Shown in pieces: positions 22,324-33,300 of a DNA stretch of 64,000 bases. Within the stretch, counting starts at the first letter, position 1. Each line of letters begins with the position of its first letter. Under the pieces are notes generated by a model. It worked only from the letters and a program-made list of their open reading frames with translations. It was not told the origin of the DNA and ran no database searches. The translations under genes were made by a program, and so were the position numbers. Location: positions 31,806 to 95,805 of the forward strand of contig DASZXA010000016.1 of the NCBI GenBank assembly GCA_035546455.1, written 5' to 3'. The stretch comes from Pseudolabrys sp. (GTDB taxonomy: Bacteria > Pseudomonadota > Alphaproteobacteria > Rhizobiales > Xanthobacteraceae).

Positions 22324-23112
22324 TCAGTTGAAATACTTTGCGAACATCGTCTTGTATTCGCCCGTCTCGTTGATGATGTGCAGCCACAGGTCGACGTAAT
22401 CCTTGAGCGCCGCGTCGCGCTGCATCCAGATGCCCTTTTCCGAGAAATCGAACGGATGATCGGGGTGCACCGAGCAAAGAACGCCGGCGTGCTGCTTCTG
22501 CTGGAACCGCGTTTCCGATGCATCGGTCATCATCAGGTCGGCGTCGCCCTTGGCGATCTGGTCGAAGATCGTGACATTGTCCTGATAGACGGTGATCTTC
22601 GCATTCTTGAGATGTGCGCGCGCGAACTTCTCGTTCGTGCCGCCCGGATTGACGATCACGCGCGTCTCCGGTTTGTCGATCTGGTCGAGCGTCTGATATT
22701 TGGAGACGTCGGTGCACCGGGCAATCGGCGTCTTGCCCTCGCGCATGATCGGCGTTGAAAACAGCCCCTTCTTCTGGCGATCCAATGTGATAGAGACGCC
22801 GCCGGTGGCGACATCGAACTTGTCAGCCTCGAAATCCTTCATCATCGTCGGCCAGCTCGTCTTCACGAACTCGACCTTGACGCCGATCGCCTTGCCGAGC
22901 GACTCGGCCATGTCGACATCAAAGCCCTCGAACTTCGAGGTCGATGGATTGAAAAAGGTGAAGGGGCGATAGTCGCCGGTCATGCCGACGCGCAACGTGC
23001 CCTTGCTGATGATCTGATCGAGCCGCGATCCAGCCGTTTCGGCGGACGCGGACCCCGCGATGACAAGGCTGGCAACGGCGGCGACTGTCGCAAACTTCAG
23101 ATAACGCAACAT
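22324..23112 (-). CDS. pheC: periplasmic cyclohexadienyl dehydratase-like protein (solute-binding protein fold)
   Basis: Signal peptide; GMTGDYRPF, GKTPIARC, VNPGGTNEKFAR, DNVTIF, DLMMTDASE, HPFDFSEK closely follow P. aeruginosa PheC as recalled. Confidence 0.8.
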   Translation of the reverse strand: MLRYLKFATVAAVASLVIAGSASAETAGSRLDQIISKGTLRVGMTGDYRPFTFFNPSTSKFEGFDVDMAESLGKAIGVKVEFVKTSWPTMMKDFEADKFDVATGGVSITLDRQKKGLFSTPIMREGKTPIARCTDVSKYQTLDQIDKPETRVIVNPGGTNEKFARAHLKNAKITVYQDNVTIFDQIAKGDADLMMTDASETRFQQKQHAGVLCSVHPDHPFDFSEKGIWMQRDAALKDYVDLWLHIINETGEYKTMFAKYFN

Positions 23113-23134
23113 TCGGAAATCCCCCAAAGACGTG

Positions 23135-23164
23135 GAGCGCGCACTCTAAACTCGGTGCGCGCTC
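23135..23164. other. 10-bp inverted repeat between the CDF gene and pheC
   Basis: gagcgcgcac-tctaaactcg-gtgcgcgctc. Confidence 0.55.
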
Positions 23165-23184
23165 GTGTCATCCAACCCGACGTT

Positions 23185-24555
23185 TCAGCGCAACGGTTCG
23201 GCGTGACCGATCACGCGCGCGACTTGGGGTGAGCGCGCCTTGAGTGTGCGTTCGACCTCGTCAACCTTCTCGTGCACTTCGAGCACGGTCATCGCCGGGT
23301 CGACGCGGCAATGGAAGTTGACGATTTCGCCTTGTCCGGTTTCACGCACGCGCACGTCATGGATATCGCGAATGATGCGGGTTTCAGCGGCAATTTCACC
23401 GAGCGCGATCTCGACCGCCCGAACGCGCTCGCGGGGCGCTTCACGGCCAAGAGTGCTCGCCGGCTCGAGCGGCTCTATGTGCGTCTCGACCTCAACGGAA
23501 GCGCCCAGTTCCGCAGTGATGTCGTCCTCCAACCGGTCGGCGATCTCGTGAGCGGCCGCAAGCGTGAGCTTGCCGTCGACTTCGAGGTCGAGAGATACCG
23601 AAAGCCGGTCCTGGATTTCCTGGACCGTGACATGGTGGACGGCGAGCGCTCGATTGCGAGCGATCACCATGACTCGGTCGAGTATGGTTTCGTTATTCAA
23701 CGCGACCGCTTGCGTTCCGACTTGCACCTCGGCGCCGGGAATGGCTTTACCAATATCCGTGACGATTGCCTGCTTGAGCGCATCGACGCGGTCGAGCGGC
23801 AGCGTCCGGCTGATGTCGACACTCAAATCGACGAAAACCTTATCGCCTACTTCTCGCGCGCGAACCTGATTGACCGCGACAACGCCGGCGATCCGCCGGG
23901 CCGCCGCAATGACCTTCCCGGTGACCCCCGGCGGCGCAGCATCAGTCAACGTGTCGATCGTGCGACGACCCAGACGCCAGCCCGCAATGCAAACCAGAGC
24001 CGCCACCACGATAGCGGCGGCGGAGTCTGCCCAGGGCAGACCGTAGCGGATGCCGGCCAATCCGATCAGCACGGCCAGCGATGACCACAGGTCAGACGAG
24101 AAATGCAGTGCATCCGCTTCAAGCGCCTGGCTTGAGGTCTTGTGCGCCGTCTTGCTCAGCGCGCGAGCCCGGAAAAAATCGACCACGATCGACAGGCCGA
24201 TCACGACGAAGGCGGCAAGTGTTGCCTCGACCTCCACGCCCTCATTGGCGATCAGTCGCTTGCCGGCTTCCCACACGACAACGACGGAGAGCAGAAACAG
24301 CAGGCCGGTTTCCGCCAACGCGGAAACGCTTTCGATCTTCCCGTGTCCGTAATGATGTTGCTCGTCGGCAGGCTTGCCGGAGAGGCGGACCGCCACGTAG
24401 GTCATCAGCGTGGCGGCAAAGTCGATCAGCGAGTGGGCGGCTTCGGAGAGCAGGGCCAGGGAGCCGGTCGCAAAGCCGACGATGCCCTTGGCTATCGTCA
24501 GTGCAGCCGACGCCAGGATCGAGGTCAGCGCCACTCGTTCTTTTTCGTGTTGCAT
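23185..24555 (-). CDS. cation diffusion facilitator transporter with three tandem C-terminal dimerisation domains
   Basis: LSEAAHSLID, HHYGHGKIE, EADALHFSSDL, then three ZT_dimer-like repeats. Confidence 0.92.
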   Translation of the reverse strand: MQHEKERVALTSILASAALTIAKGIVGFATGSLALLSEAAHSLIDFAATLMTYVAVRLSGKPADEQHHYGHGKIESVSALAETGLLFLLSVVVVWEAGKRLIANEGVEVEATLAAFVVIGLSIVVDFFRARALSKTAHKTSSQALEADALHFSSDLWSSLAVLIGLAGIRYGLPWADSAAAIVVAALVCIAGWRLGRRTIDTLTDAAPPGVTGKVIAAARRIAGVVAVNQVRAREVGDKVFVDLSVDISRTLPLDRVDALKQAIVTDIGKAIPGAEVQVGTQAVALNNETILDRVMVIARNRALAVHHVTVQEIQDRLSVSLDLEVDGKLTLAAAHEIADRLEDDITAELGASVEVETHIEPLEPASTLGREAPRERVRAVEIALGEIAAETRIIRDIHDVRVRETGQGEIVNFHCRVDPAMTVLEVHEKVDEVERTLKARSPQVARVIGHAEPLR

Positions 24556-24739
24556 GATTTATTGCGAGTGAGTTGCAAGTCCGGCGTGGGCGTAGGTGGG
24601 ATGGAGATAGGATCGATCCGCTCGGCGATCCAGTCCGTTTTTCGCCGCGGGCTAATTGCCGCCGGGGAAACGGACGTGCGCCAGGTTACTCCCGCGTCTT
24701 TATCCTGCTAAATCTTCAACCGGAGGTTCGCGCGCGATC

Positions 24740-25297
24740 ATGGACTTGCATGTTGTGCCGTTGGCGATTCCGGATGTGAAGCTGATTACGCCGGTCAAAC
24801 ATGGCGACGCGCGTGGCTTTTTTTCCGAGACCTACAACAAGAGACTGCTCGCCCAATCCGGAATTGCCCTTGATTTCGTTCAGGACAATCATTCGCTGTC
24901 GCAGGGCCGCGGCACAGTCCGCGGCTTGCACTATCAGGCTCCCCCATTCGAGCAACATAAGCTGATACGGGTGGTGCGCGGCCGGATCCTCGATATTGCG
25001 GTCGATATCCGGCGTGGGTCGCCGACCTTCGGGCGATGGGTTTCGGCGGAATTATCGACCGACAACTGGACGCAGATGCTGATCCCGGTTGGATTTGCCC
25101 ATGGCGTTTGCACGTTAGAGCCCGACACCGAGATCATGTACAAAGTCACGAATTTTTATTCGCCGGAGCATGACCTCGGCATTCGCTGGAGCGATCCCGA
25201 TCTGAATATCGCGTGGCCATTTCCTTCGGACCAATTGATCTTGTCGGACAAAGACAAACGGCAACCGCTTCTGAAAGAAGCCAAGATCGTCTTTTGA
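24740..25297 (+). CDS. rfbC: dTDP-4-dehydrorhamnose 3,5-epimerase
   Basis: DARGFFSE, VQDNHSLS, TVRGLHYQ, GFAHG; GGAGG RBS. Confidence 0.96.
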   Translation: MDLHVVPLAIPDVKLITPVKHGDARGFFSETYNKRLLAQSGIALDFVQDNHSLSQGRGTVRGLHYQAPPFEQHKLIRVVRGRILDIAVDIRRGSPTFGRWVSAELSTDNWTQMLIPVGFAHGVCTLEPDTEIMYKVTNFYSPEHDLGIRWSDPDLNIAWPFPSDQLILSDKDKRQPLLKEAKIVF

Positions 25298-25334
25298 TAT
25301 TTTGTGGCGGGCTATTGGATAACCGGACCAAATC

Positions 25335-26204
25335 ATGAAGGGCATTTTGTTGGCGGGCGGTTCCGGTACGCGGCTCTATCCGGTTACGCTCGCCGTCAGC
25401 AAGCAACTGCTGCCGATCTTCGACAAGCCGATGATCTACTATCCGCTATCGGTGCTGATGCTCGCCGGCATCCGCGAGATTTTGCTGATTTCGACCCCTC
25501 GCGACATCGATGGCTTCAAGGCCCTGCTGGGCGACGGCCGGCGATGGGGCATCAGCATTGAATATGCGATTCAGGATTCGCCGCGGGGCATCGCCGATGC
25601 CTTTATCATCGGCGAAAGCTTTATCGGACAGTCGTCCGTTGCCTTGGTGTTGGGCGACAACATTTTCTACGGTCATTCGTTGTCGCCGCTGCTGCGCCAG
25701 GCGGCGCAACTTGAAGCCGGTGCCAGAATATTTGCCTGCCGCGTCAGCGATCCCGAGCGCTATGGCGTGGCCGAATTCGATCGCAGCGGTCGCGTCCTGT
25801 CGATCGAGGAGAAGCCTGCAAAGCCAAAATCTCCGTGGGCTGTGACCGGCCTCTATTTCTACGACAACAAGGTGGTGGGCATTGCCAAAGGACTTGAGCC
25901 GTCGCCGCGCGGTGAGCTCGAAATCACCGACGTCAACAAGGCGTATCTCGACGCTGGAGCCCTGACAGTCGAGCACTTCGGGCGGGGCCTGACCTGGCTC
26001 GACACCGGAACGCACGAGTCTTTGCTGGAAGCGGGCGAATTTATCCGCACCATCGAGCATCGCCAGGGATTGAAGGTGGCCTGCCTGGAGGAGATTGCGT
26101 ACGGGAATGGCTGGATCAGCGACGCCGACGTCGCCGACATCGCCCACTCGCTGCGAAGCACCGGATACGGCCAGTATCTCGCCGACATGATCGCGAAATC
26201 GTAA
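25335..26204 (+). CDS. rfbA: glucose-1-phosphate thymidylyltransferase
   Basis: [51 protein letters not shown]. Confidence 0.97.
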   Translation: MKGILLAGGSGTRLYPVTLAVSKQLLPIFDKPMIYYPLSVLMLAGIREILLISTPRDIDGFKALLGDGRRWGISIEYAIQDSPRGIADAFIIGESFIGQSSVALVLGDNIFYGHSLSPLLRQAAQLEAGARIFACRVSDPERYGVAEFDRSGRVLSIEEKPAKPKSPWAVTGLYFYDNKVVGIAKGLEPSPRGELEITDVNKAYLDAGALTVEHFGRGLTWLDTGTHESLLEAGEFIRTIEHRQGLKVACLEEIAYGNGWISDADVADIAHSLRSTGYGQYLADMIAKS

Positions 26205-26470
26205 GACGTTCTCAACATTGCCGCTTGACCCTTTGCGCTCCTCCTGCTGCTCTTGCAGAAGGGAACGCACTGACGACCGGCCGAAGTTTTCTCGTTGGCT
26301 TGTCCTGGACGCGTTCGCTCCGTTGACCCTTGAGGCGAGCATCGGCTTCCCCTGGTATAAGGTCATCGCCAACCAGCCAGATCATGAATTTTATCCCCGC
26401 GTAACGTTCCGGCCGTTATTGCTTTTGTAGGTTGCCGCATCGTGCAAGCTGGCCGAACAGGAGAGCGAAA

Positions 26471-27157
26471 ATGACGTCAATCACCCGCCGTATCGTCGTT
26501 CCGGCGATGGCCGCAGTTGCGCTTGTATTGGCGGCGCACGGACCGGCCCTGAGCCAAAAGAAAGAGCCGCCCGTTCCTGCCGGCGCGTCGAATGTGATCG
26601 CAGCGCCAAAGGCGGAGGTTGAGGGCTTCCGCTCGGTCAAGTTCGGGATGTCCGAGGTCGAGGTCAAAACGGCGATCGGCAAGGACTTCAACATCAAGGG
26701 CGATAAGATTCGCGAGCAATCCAATCCGGGCGAGCGCACCAAAGTGCTGAGCATCAAGGTGCCGGATTTACTACCGGGCGGCGGCGCGGCCGAGGTTTCG
26801 TATGTGATCGGCTATCAGACCAAAAAGCTGATTCAGGTTTCGATCTCCTGGTCGAAGGCGACCGATGAGAAAATGACGCCCGAGCAGCTTTTCTCGAACT
26901 CCAGCGTGTTGCGCGCTCATTTCATGGCCGAGGGATTCAAGCCAGACACGATCGCGAGCAACATGCCGATCAACGGCGGCATCCTGATGTTTCGCGGCAG
27001 CGATGCCAAGGATCGAACCACGATGCTGATCCTTCAGGGAACGCTGGCGCAGGGGAAGGACGATCAGCGCATTCTCACGCCGACGGCGCTGCTGTTGTTC
27101 TATATCGCCGACGCCAAGACACCGGACATTTACAAACTGCCGCCGGGCTCGTTCTGA
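26471..27157 (+). CDS. secreted hypothetical protein
   Basis: AGGAG RBS, signal peptide, FRSVKFGMSEVEV motif. Confidence 0.8.
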   Translation: MTSITRRIVVPAMAAVALVLAAHGPALSQKKEPPVPAGASNVIAAPKAEVEGFRSVKFGMSEVEVKTAIGKDFNIKGDKIREQSNPGERTKVLSIKVPDLLPGGGAAEVSYVIGYQTKKLIQVSISWSKATDEKMTPEQLFSNSSVLRAHFMAEGFKPDTIASNMPINGGILMFRGSDAKDRTTMLILQGTLAQGKDDQRILTPTALLLFYIADAKTPDIYKLPPGSF

Positions 27158-27251
27158 CGCGCCTGAGCGACGGGCACTAAAATATTTCCGGTGCGATCAG
27201 GAGCTGCCCTCTAACCTGATGAAAACGCTCATGATCTATCGAATAAAATTC

Positions 27252-27270
27252 ACGTAAATACCATTTACGT
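27252..27270. promoter_or_regulatory. perfect palindrome ACGTAAAT-N3-ATTTACGT upstream of the autotransporter
   Basis: Seen directly in an AT-rich intergenic region about 90 bp before the GTG start. Confidence 0.5.
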
Positions 27271-27361
27271 TGTCTGGGAATATGGCCCAAAGCCGTATGA
27301 AACGACTGCCCCGCGTGTAACTATATCTTTTTTAATAGCCTTTTCGGCTTGGGGAAGTCGC

Positions 27362-30300
27362 GTGCAGGGTGCGGGGGTTGGGCGGCGGGCCGGTGGCCCG
27401 GCGGTAGGACGGTTTTTTACGTCCCTGCGGAGCGTTGTCGTCTCTCTTGTTCTGGCCGTTCAAGCCGCGTGGGTTTTTGCGCCAGGCGTGGCGTCGGCAA
27501 CGACCTACGACGCCAACGATACGGCGTCGCTGCAAGCTGCGATCGCGTCGGTCAACGCTGGCGCCGGTGGCGACACCATCAACATCACCGCCAACATCAC
27601 GCTGAGTACGGAACTCAATGCCATCACCAAGGGTGTGACGATCACCGGCAATGGCAACACGATCAGCGGCAACAATCAGTACCGTATCTTTTTCGTCGCC
27701 GCGGGCAGCGGCAATGCAGTCAACATCTCCAGCCTGACGCTCGCCAACGGTTATGCAAAGGGCGGCAATGGCGGCACCGAGGGCGGCGGCGGCATGGGTG
27801 CCGGCGGCGCTATCTTCGGCATGTCGGGCAACATCACGCTCACCAACGTGTCGTTCGCCGGCAATGCCGCGCAAGGAGGCACCGGCGGCGGCAATGGCAT
27901 TGTCGGTGGCGGTGGCGGCCTCGGTGGAGACGGCGGCACCTATAACGGTTCGAACTATTCCGGTGGCGGCGGTGGCATTGGCGTTAATGCCGACGGCGGC
28001 ACATCAACTACCGCGGGTAGCGCCGGCATTCTGGTTGGCAGTGCGGGCGGTGGATCGGGCAGCGGTGGCACCGCGGGCGGCATCAATGGCGGCGGCGGTG
28101 GCGGCAGCGGCAGCAATGGTGCTGGCGGCGGCGGCGTCGGCGGCGGCAACGGTGGCTCCAACGGCGGCAACGGTGGCTTCGGCGGTGGCGGCGGTGGTGC
28201 GGGCGGCGGCGTTGCCGGTCACGGTGGTTTTGGCGGCGGCGGCGGCGGCGGCTATTTCGGTGCGATCGCGGGCGGTAGCGGTGGCTTCGGCGGTGGTGGC
28301 GGCGGCGGCCAAATTGCAGCCGGCGGCGGCTTTGGCGGTGGCAACGGCAGTAGCTCTGGCCTTAGCGGCGGCGGCGGCGGCATGGGTGCTGGCGGCTCCG
28401 TGTTCGTGTGCAGCGCGACAGTCGATGCAGCGTGCAGCGCGACCTTGACGATTTCAAATACCGCCAACAGCACGATGGACGGTACCGTAAATGGTGGTGG
28501 CAGTGCGGGTACGGGAGGCACCGGCGCCGCGCTTGGCGGCTCGATGTTCATCACCGGCAGCACAGCGGCGGGTCTCAGCGCCGCAACCGGCACCACGACG
28601 ACGATCTCGAATCAGATTTACGGCGTGAACGACCAAGGCCTCGCGTTATCAGGTGGCGGTACCTTCGTGCTCGGCAGTTCGTCGAACACGTTCAATGGCC
28701 TCACGGTCAGCGGTACCGGCACTACGGTGAGCGTGAGCGGCAACGGCCAGATGGGCACCGGCACCATCACCTTCGGCGACGGCACGGGGATCAAGTTTAC
28801 TGCCGGTGGCACCTATACGAACAACGTCAAGGTCGAAGGCGATCCGACCTTCGATACCACCGGCAACACCGTCACCTACACGGGCCAGATTACAGACGGC
28901 TCTATACCCGGCGATGTTGAGGTGATCGGCGGCGGCACTCTGGTGCTGACGAATACGACAAACAGCTATTCCGGCGGCACGGTCGTCAAAGACAACAGCA
29001 CGCTCAGCCTCAGCGCCGCGGGCCAGATCGGCTCCGGCTCGTTGACGCTCGGCGATGCCTCGACGTCCGGCACGCTGGCAGCCACTAACACGTTTACGCT
29101 GTCGAACGATGTTTCGCTTGGCGCAGGCAACGGCGCTATCGACACGGCGAGCGGCAAGACGCTGACCGTCTCGGGACAGATCACCGGCACCGGTCACCTG
29201 ACCGTCACCGACACCGGTACCCTGGTCCTCAGCAATACTGGCAACAACTATTCCGGCGGCACCACGGTCAACAGTGGTGCGACGCTGCAGGGCACGACAT
29301 CGACCCTCCAAGGCGACATTCTCGACAATGGCGCCGTGGTGTTCAGCCAGGCAACGACTGGCACCTATTCCGGGCAATTGTCAGGCATCGGTGCGGTGAC
29401 GATCACCGGCGGCGGCAACGTCACGCTCGGTAACACCGGCAACAATTATAGCGGCACCACGTCGGTCAACGGCGGCAGCACGCTCACTATTACGGCGGCC
29501 GGACAGATCGGGGGCAGCACGCTGGCGCTGGGTGACGCGTCGACAAGCGGCACACTGGCGGCGACCAATACGCTCACGCTGTCGAATAACGTCACTCTGA
29601 ATGCCGGCGGCGGAACGGTCGACACGGCGAACGGCCAGACCCTGACGTTGTCCGGGCAGATCACCGGCACCGGCGGCCTCACTGTGGCCGACACGGGCAC
29701 GCTGGTGCTCACGAATAGCAGCAACAATTATTCGGGCGGCACCACCGTCAACAACGGTGCGACGTTGCAAGGCACCACGTCGAGCTTGCAGGGGGCGATC
29801 ACCGATAACGGTACAGTGGTGTTCAGCCAGGCAACCACCGGCACATATTCCGGCGCGTTGTCCGGCAGCGGTGCGGTGACAGTGACTGGCGGCGGCAATG
29901 TCGCGTTCACAAACACCGGCAACAATTATAGCGGCGGCACGACCGTCAAAGGCGGCAGCACACTTACGCTGGATGCCGCGGGCGAAATTGGTTCCAATAC
30001 CCTGACGCTCGGCGATGCCAGCACTCGCGGTACGCTGGCGGCTGCCAATACATTCACCCTGGCCAATGTCATCTCGCTCGGTTTGGGTAATGGCACCATC
30101 GATACAGCCAATGGCAAGACGCTGACGGTGTCCGGGCAGATTACTGGCTCCGGTGGGCTCACCGTCGCCGATACCGGCACATTGCTTCTGACCAACAACG
30201 CCAACAATTACTCCGGCGGCACGACCATCAATAGCGGAGCGACGTTGCAGGGCACTGGGTCAGCCCTGAAAGGCAACATTCTCGACAACGGCACGCTTGT

Positions 30301-33300
30301 TTTCGACCTCTCGGCGGGAGGAAACACATTCACCAGTGCGATCACCGGCACCGGTGAAGTGGTGGTGCAAGGCAACAACGTCCTTAGTCTTCAGAGCAAC
30401 GGAAATACCTACCAGGGCGGCACCACGATCATAAATGGCGGCGTCGTCGTTGTCCGTGACGACCGCAATCTTGGTGATGCGAATGGAAGCGTGACGCTCG
30501 GTGATGCAACGACCGCCGGCGCGCTCGCGAACGCAATCACGATGACAGTCGGTGCCTCGCGCACCATCACCCTTAATGATGGCGGTGGCAACGGCGGCAT
30601 TCTGCAAGCCGGCGGCGGCACCGTGATGACGGTGGACAGCAAGATCACCGGCGCCGGTATGCTGAACGCGAACGGGTTCGGCACGCTGGTGCTGACGAAT
30701 ACCGCCAATGACTACAGCGGCGGGACCTTTATCAGCAACGGCACGTTGAGCATCGCCTCCGACGCGGTGCTGGGCAATGTCAGTGGCGACGTTTCCATGT
30801 ACAACGCCACATTGGCTGCCACCGACACGTTCACGTTGAACTCCGGTCGCACGGTTACGTTGAGTGGCCCGGGCGGCGACACGATCGATGTCGCGTCCGG
30901 CAAGACGCTCACAATTGATGGGCAAGTCACGGGCACGGCCCACCTTACCGTCGCCGACACCGGCACATTGGTGCTGACCAACACCGGCAACAACTATTCA
31001 GGCGGCACCACCGTCAACGCCGGCGCGACACTGCAAGGCAACGCTTCGAGCCTGCAAGGCAACATCACCGACAACGGCACGGTGGTCTTCGATCTTCTCC
31101 CGGTCAATGGAGTCTATACCGGCGCGCTGTCCGGCAACGGCTCGGTGGTCGTGCAGGGGAACGGCAGCGTTTCCTTCGCAAACACAAGCAACAGCTATTC
31201 CGGCGGCACGACGATCAAGCAGGGCGCTGTTCTCGTTATTAGTTCGGACAGCCAGCTCGGCAACGTCAATGGCGGCGTCACATTGGGCGATGCCTCGACG
31301 CATGGCTCGCTGGCGTCTTCAGGCTCGTTGACGCTGGCGGGAACACGGACAATCACGCTCGCCGGCGGCGGCGGGTATTTCCTGCCGGCGGGCGGGACCG
31401 TGATGACGGTTGACAGCAAAGTCACCGGCACCGGCACGCTGACCGTCAACGACTCTGGCACTCTGGTGCTGACGAATGTCACGAACGACTACAGCGGCGG
31501 TACATTCGTCAATAACGGCGGCACGTTGAGCATCGCCTCCGACGCCGTCCTTGGCAACATCGCCGGCGGTGTCACGCTCTTTGGCTCGAAGCTCGCGGCG
31601 ACGGACACTTTCACACTGGGTTCCACCCGCACGGTCACGTTGAGCGGTGGTAACGACACGATCGACGTCGCGTCAGGCAAGGTTCTGACAATCGCAGGGC
31701 AGGTGACGGGCACGGGCGCGCTGGTTGTTACGGACTCCGGTACGCTGGTATTGGGGAACGCGACCAACAACTATTTGGGCGGCACCACCGTAAACGGGGG
31801 TGCGACGGTCAGCATCGGCGACGATGGCGCGCTCGGCTCAGGCAATCTCAGCCTTGGCGATGCATCCACGAGCGGTACGCTGAAGGCGACGGGCACGTTC
31901 ACTTTGTCGTCCGGCAGGACTGTAACCTTGAATGACGGCGGCAGTGTCATCGATACCGCCGCGGGCCAGACTTTCACCGTCGCGTCCAAAATCACCGGCA
32001 CCGGTGGCCTCACTGTCACCGACACCGGAACGTTGGTTCTCATCAACACCAACAACGACTATTCCGGCGGCACGACAATATCCGGCGGCGGCAGGTTGAG
32101 CATCGACTCCGATGCTTTGCTCGGCAATGCCGGCGGCGGCGTCACGTTCAATGGCGGCACCCTTATCGCTTCGGACGATTTCACATTGTCGTCAGGCCGG
32201 ACGGTAACGCTCGGCGTCGGCGGCGGAACGTTCGATGCGCTCACAGGCAAGACGCTGGCGGTTGCCGGACAGGTCACTGGCGGCGGTGCGCTTGCCATCG
32301 GCGGCGCGGGCACCGTTGTCCTGACCAACGCGGGCAACAATTACAGCGGCAGCACGACCGTTTCGGGTGGTGCCACCTTGAGTGTCGGCGCTGCGGGCGT
32401 CCTCGGCAGCACGAGCGGTCTTGTTCTCGACAACGGCACTTTTGCGGCGACCAACAGCTTCACAGTGTCGAGCGGTGTGTCGCTTGGCGCGGGCGGCGGC
32501 ACCGTCGATACCGCAAGCGGCAAGACGCTGACTTTCTCTGGGCAAATTACCGGCGCTGGCGCCCTTACCGTGGCTGATAGCGGTACTTTGGTGCTGTCGA
32601 ACGCCGGCAACAACTATTCCGGCGGCACGACGGTCAATAGCGGTGCGACGCTTCAAGGCACGACATCGAGCCTGCAAGGCGCCATCACGGATAATGGTGC
32701 GGTCGTGTTCAATCAGGCCACGACCGGAACCTACGCTGGCTTGCTGTCCGGTAGCGGGGCCGTTGCCGTTGACGGTGGCGGCAATGTTACCTTCAGCAAC
32801 ACGGGCAACAGTTACGCCGGTACGACCGTGAAGGGCGGCAGCACGCTGACCGTCGATGCAGCCGGCGAAATCGGCTCCGGCGCACTGAATCTCGGCGACG
32901 CATCGACCGCCGGCACGCTTGCCGCTGCGAATACGTTCACCTTGTCAAATGCGGTCTCGCTCGGTGCAGGTGGCAGCACTGTCGATACCGCCAGCGGCAA
33001 GACACTGACACTCTCCGGCCAGATTACCGGCAACGGCGCACTTGTGGTGGCAAACAGCGGCACGCTGGTTTTGGCGAATGCTGGCAATAACTATTCCGGC
33101 GGCACGACCGTTAATAGCGGCGCAAATCTTCAGGGCACGACCGCCAGCCTGCAAGGCGCAATCGTCGACAACGGAACCGTCATTTTCAACCAAGGGACAA
33201 CCGGCACCTATGCTGGCGCTCTGTCGGGTAGCGGCGCAGTGACGGTCGATGGCGGCGGCAACGTCACCTTGAGCAATGCGGCCAACAACTACGCGGGCGG

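Noticed and set aside
24556-24650. His-containing in-frame peptide (LHPTYAHAGLATHSQ*) ending one codon before the CDF start
   Set aside because: No ATG or RBS; could be a lost N-terminal extension or chance, with no independent support.
24556-24700. GGGAGUAAC on the minus strand upstream of the CDF gene, suggesting a yybP-ykoY manganese riboswitch
   Set aside because: The partner GAGAC strand and the UCAAUAC-type loop are not present; only a generic hairpin (gtccgttt...aaacggac) is visible. cmsearch would settle it.
26205-26470. Intergenic stretch after rfbA as a possible IS or gene remnant or left att site
   Set aside because: No terminal inverted repeats, transposase motif or dusA-like fragment recognised in any frame.
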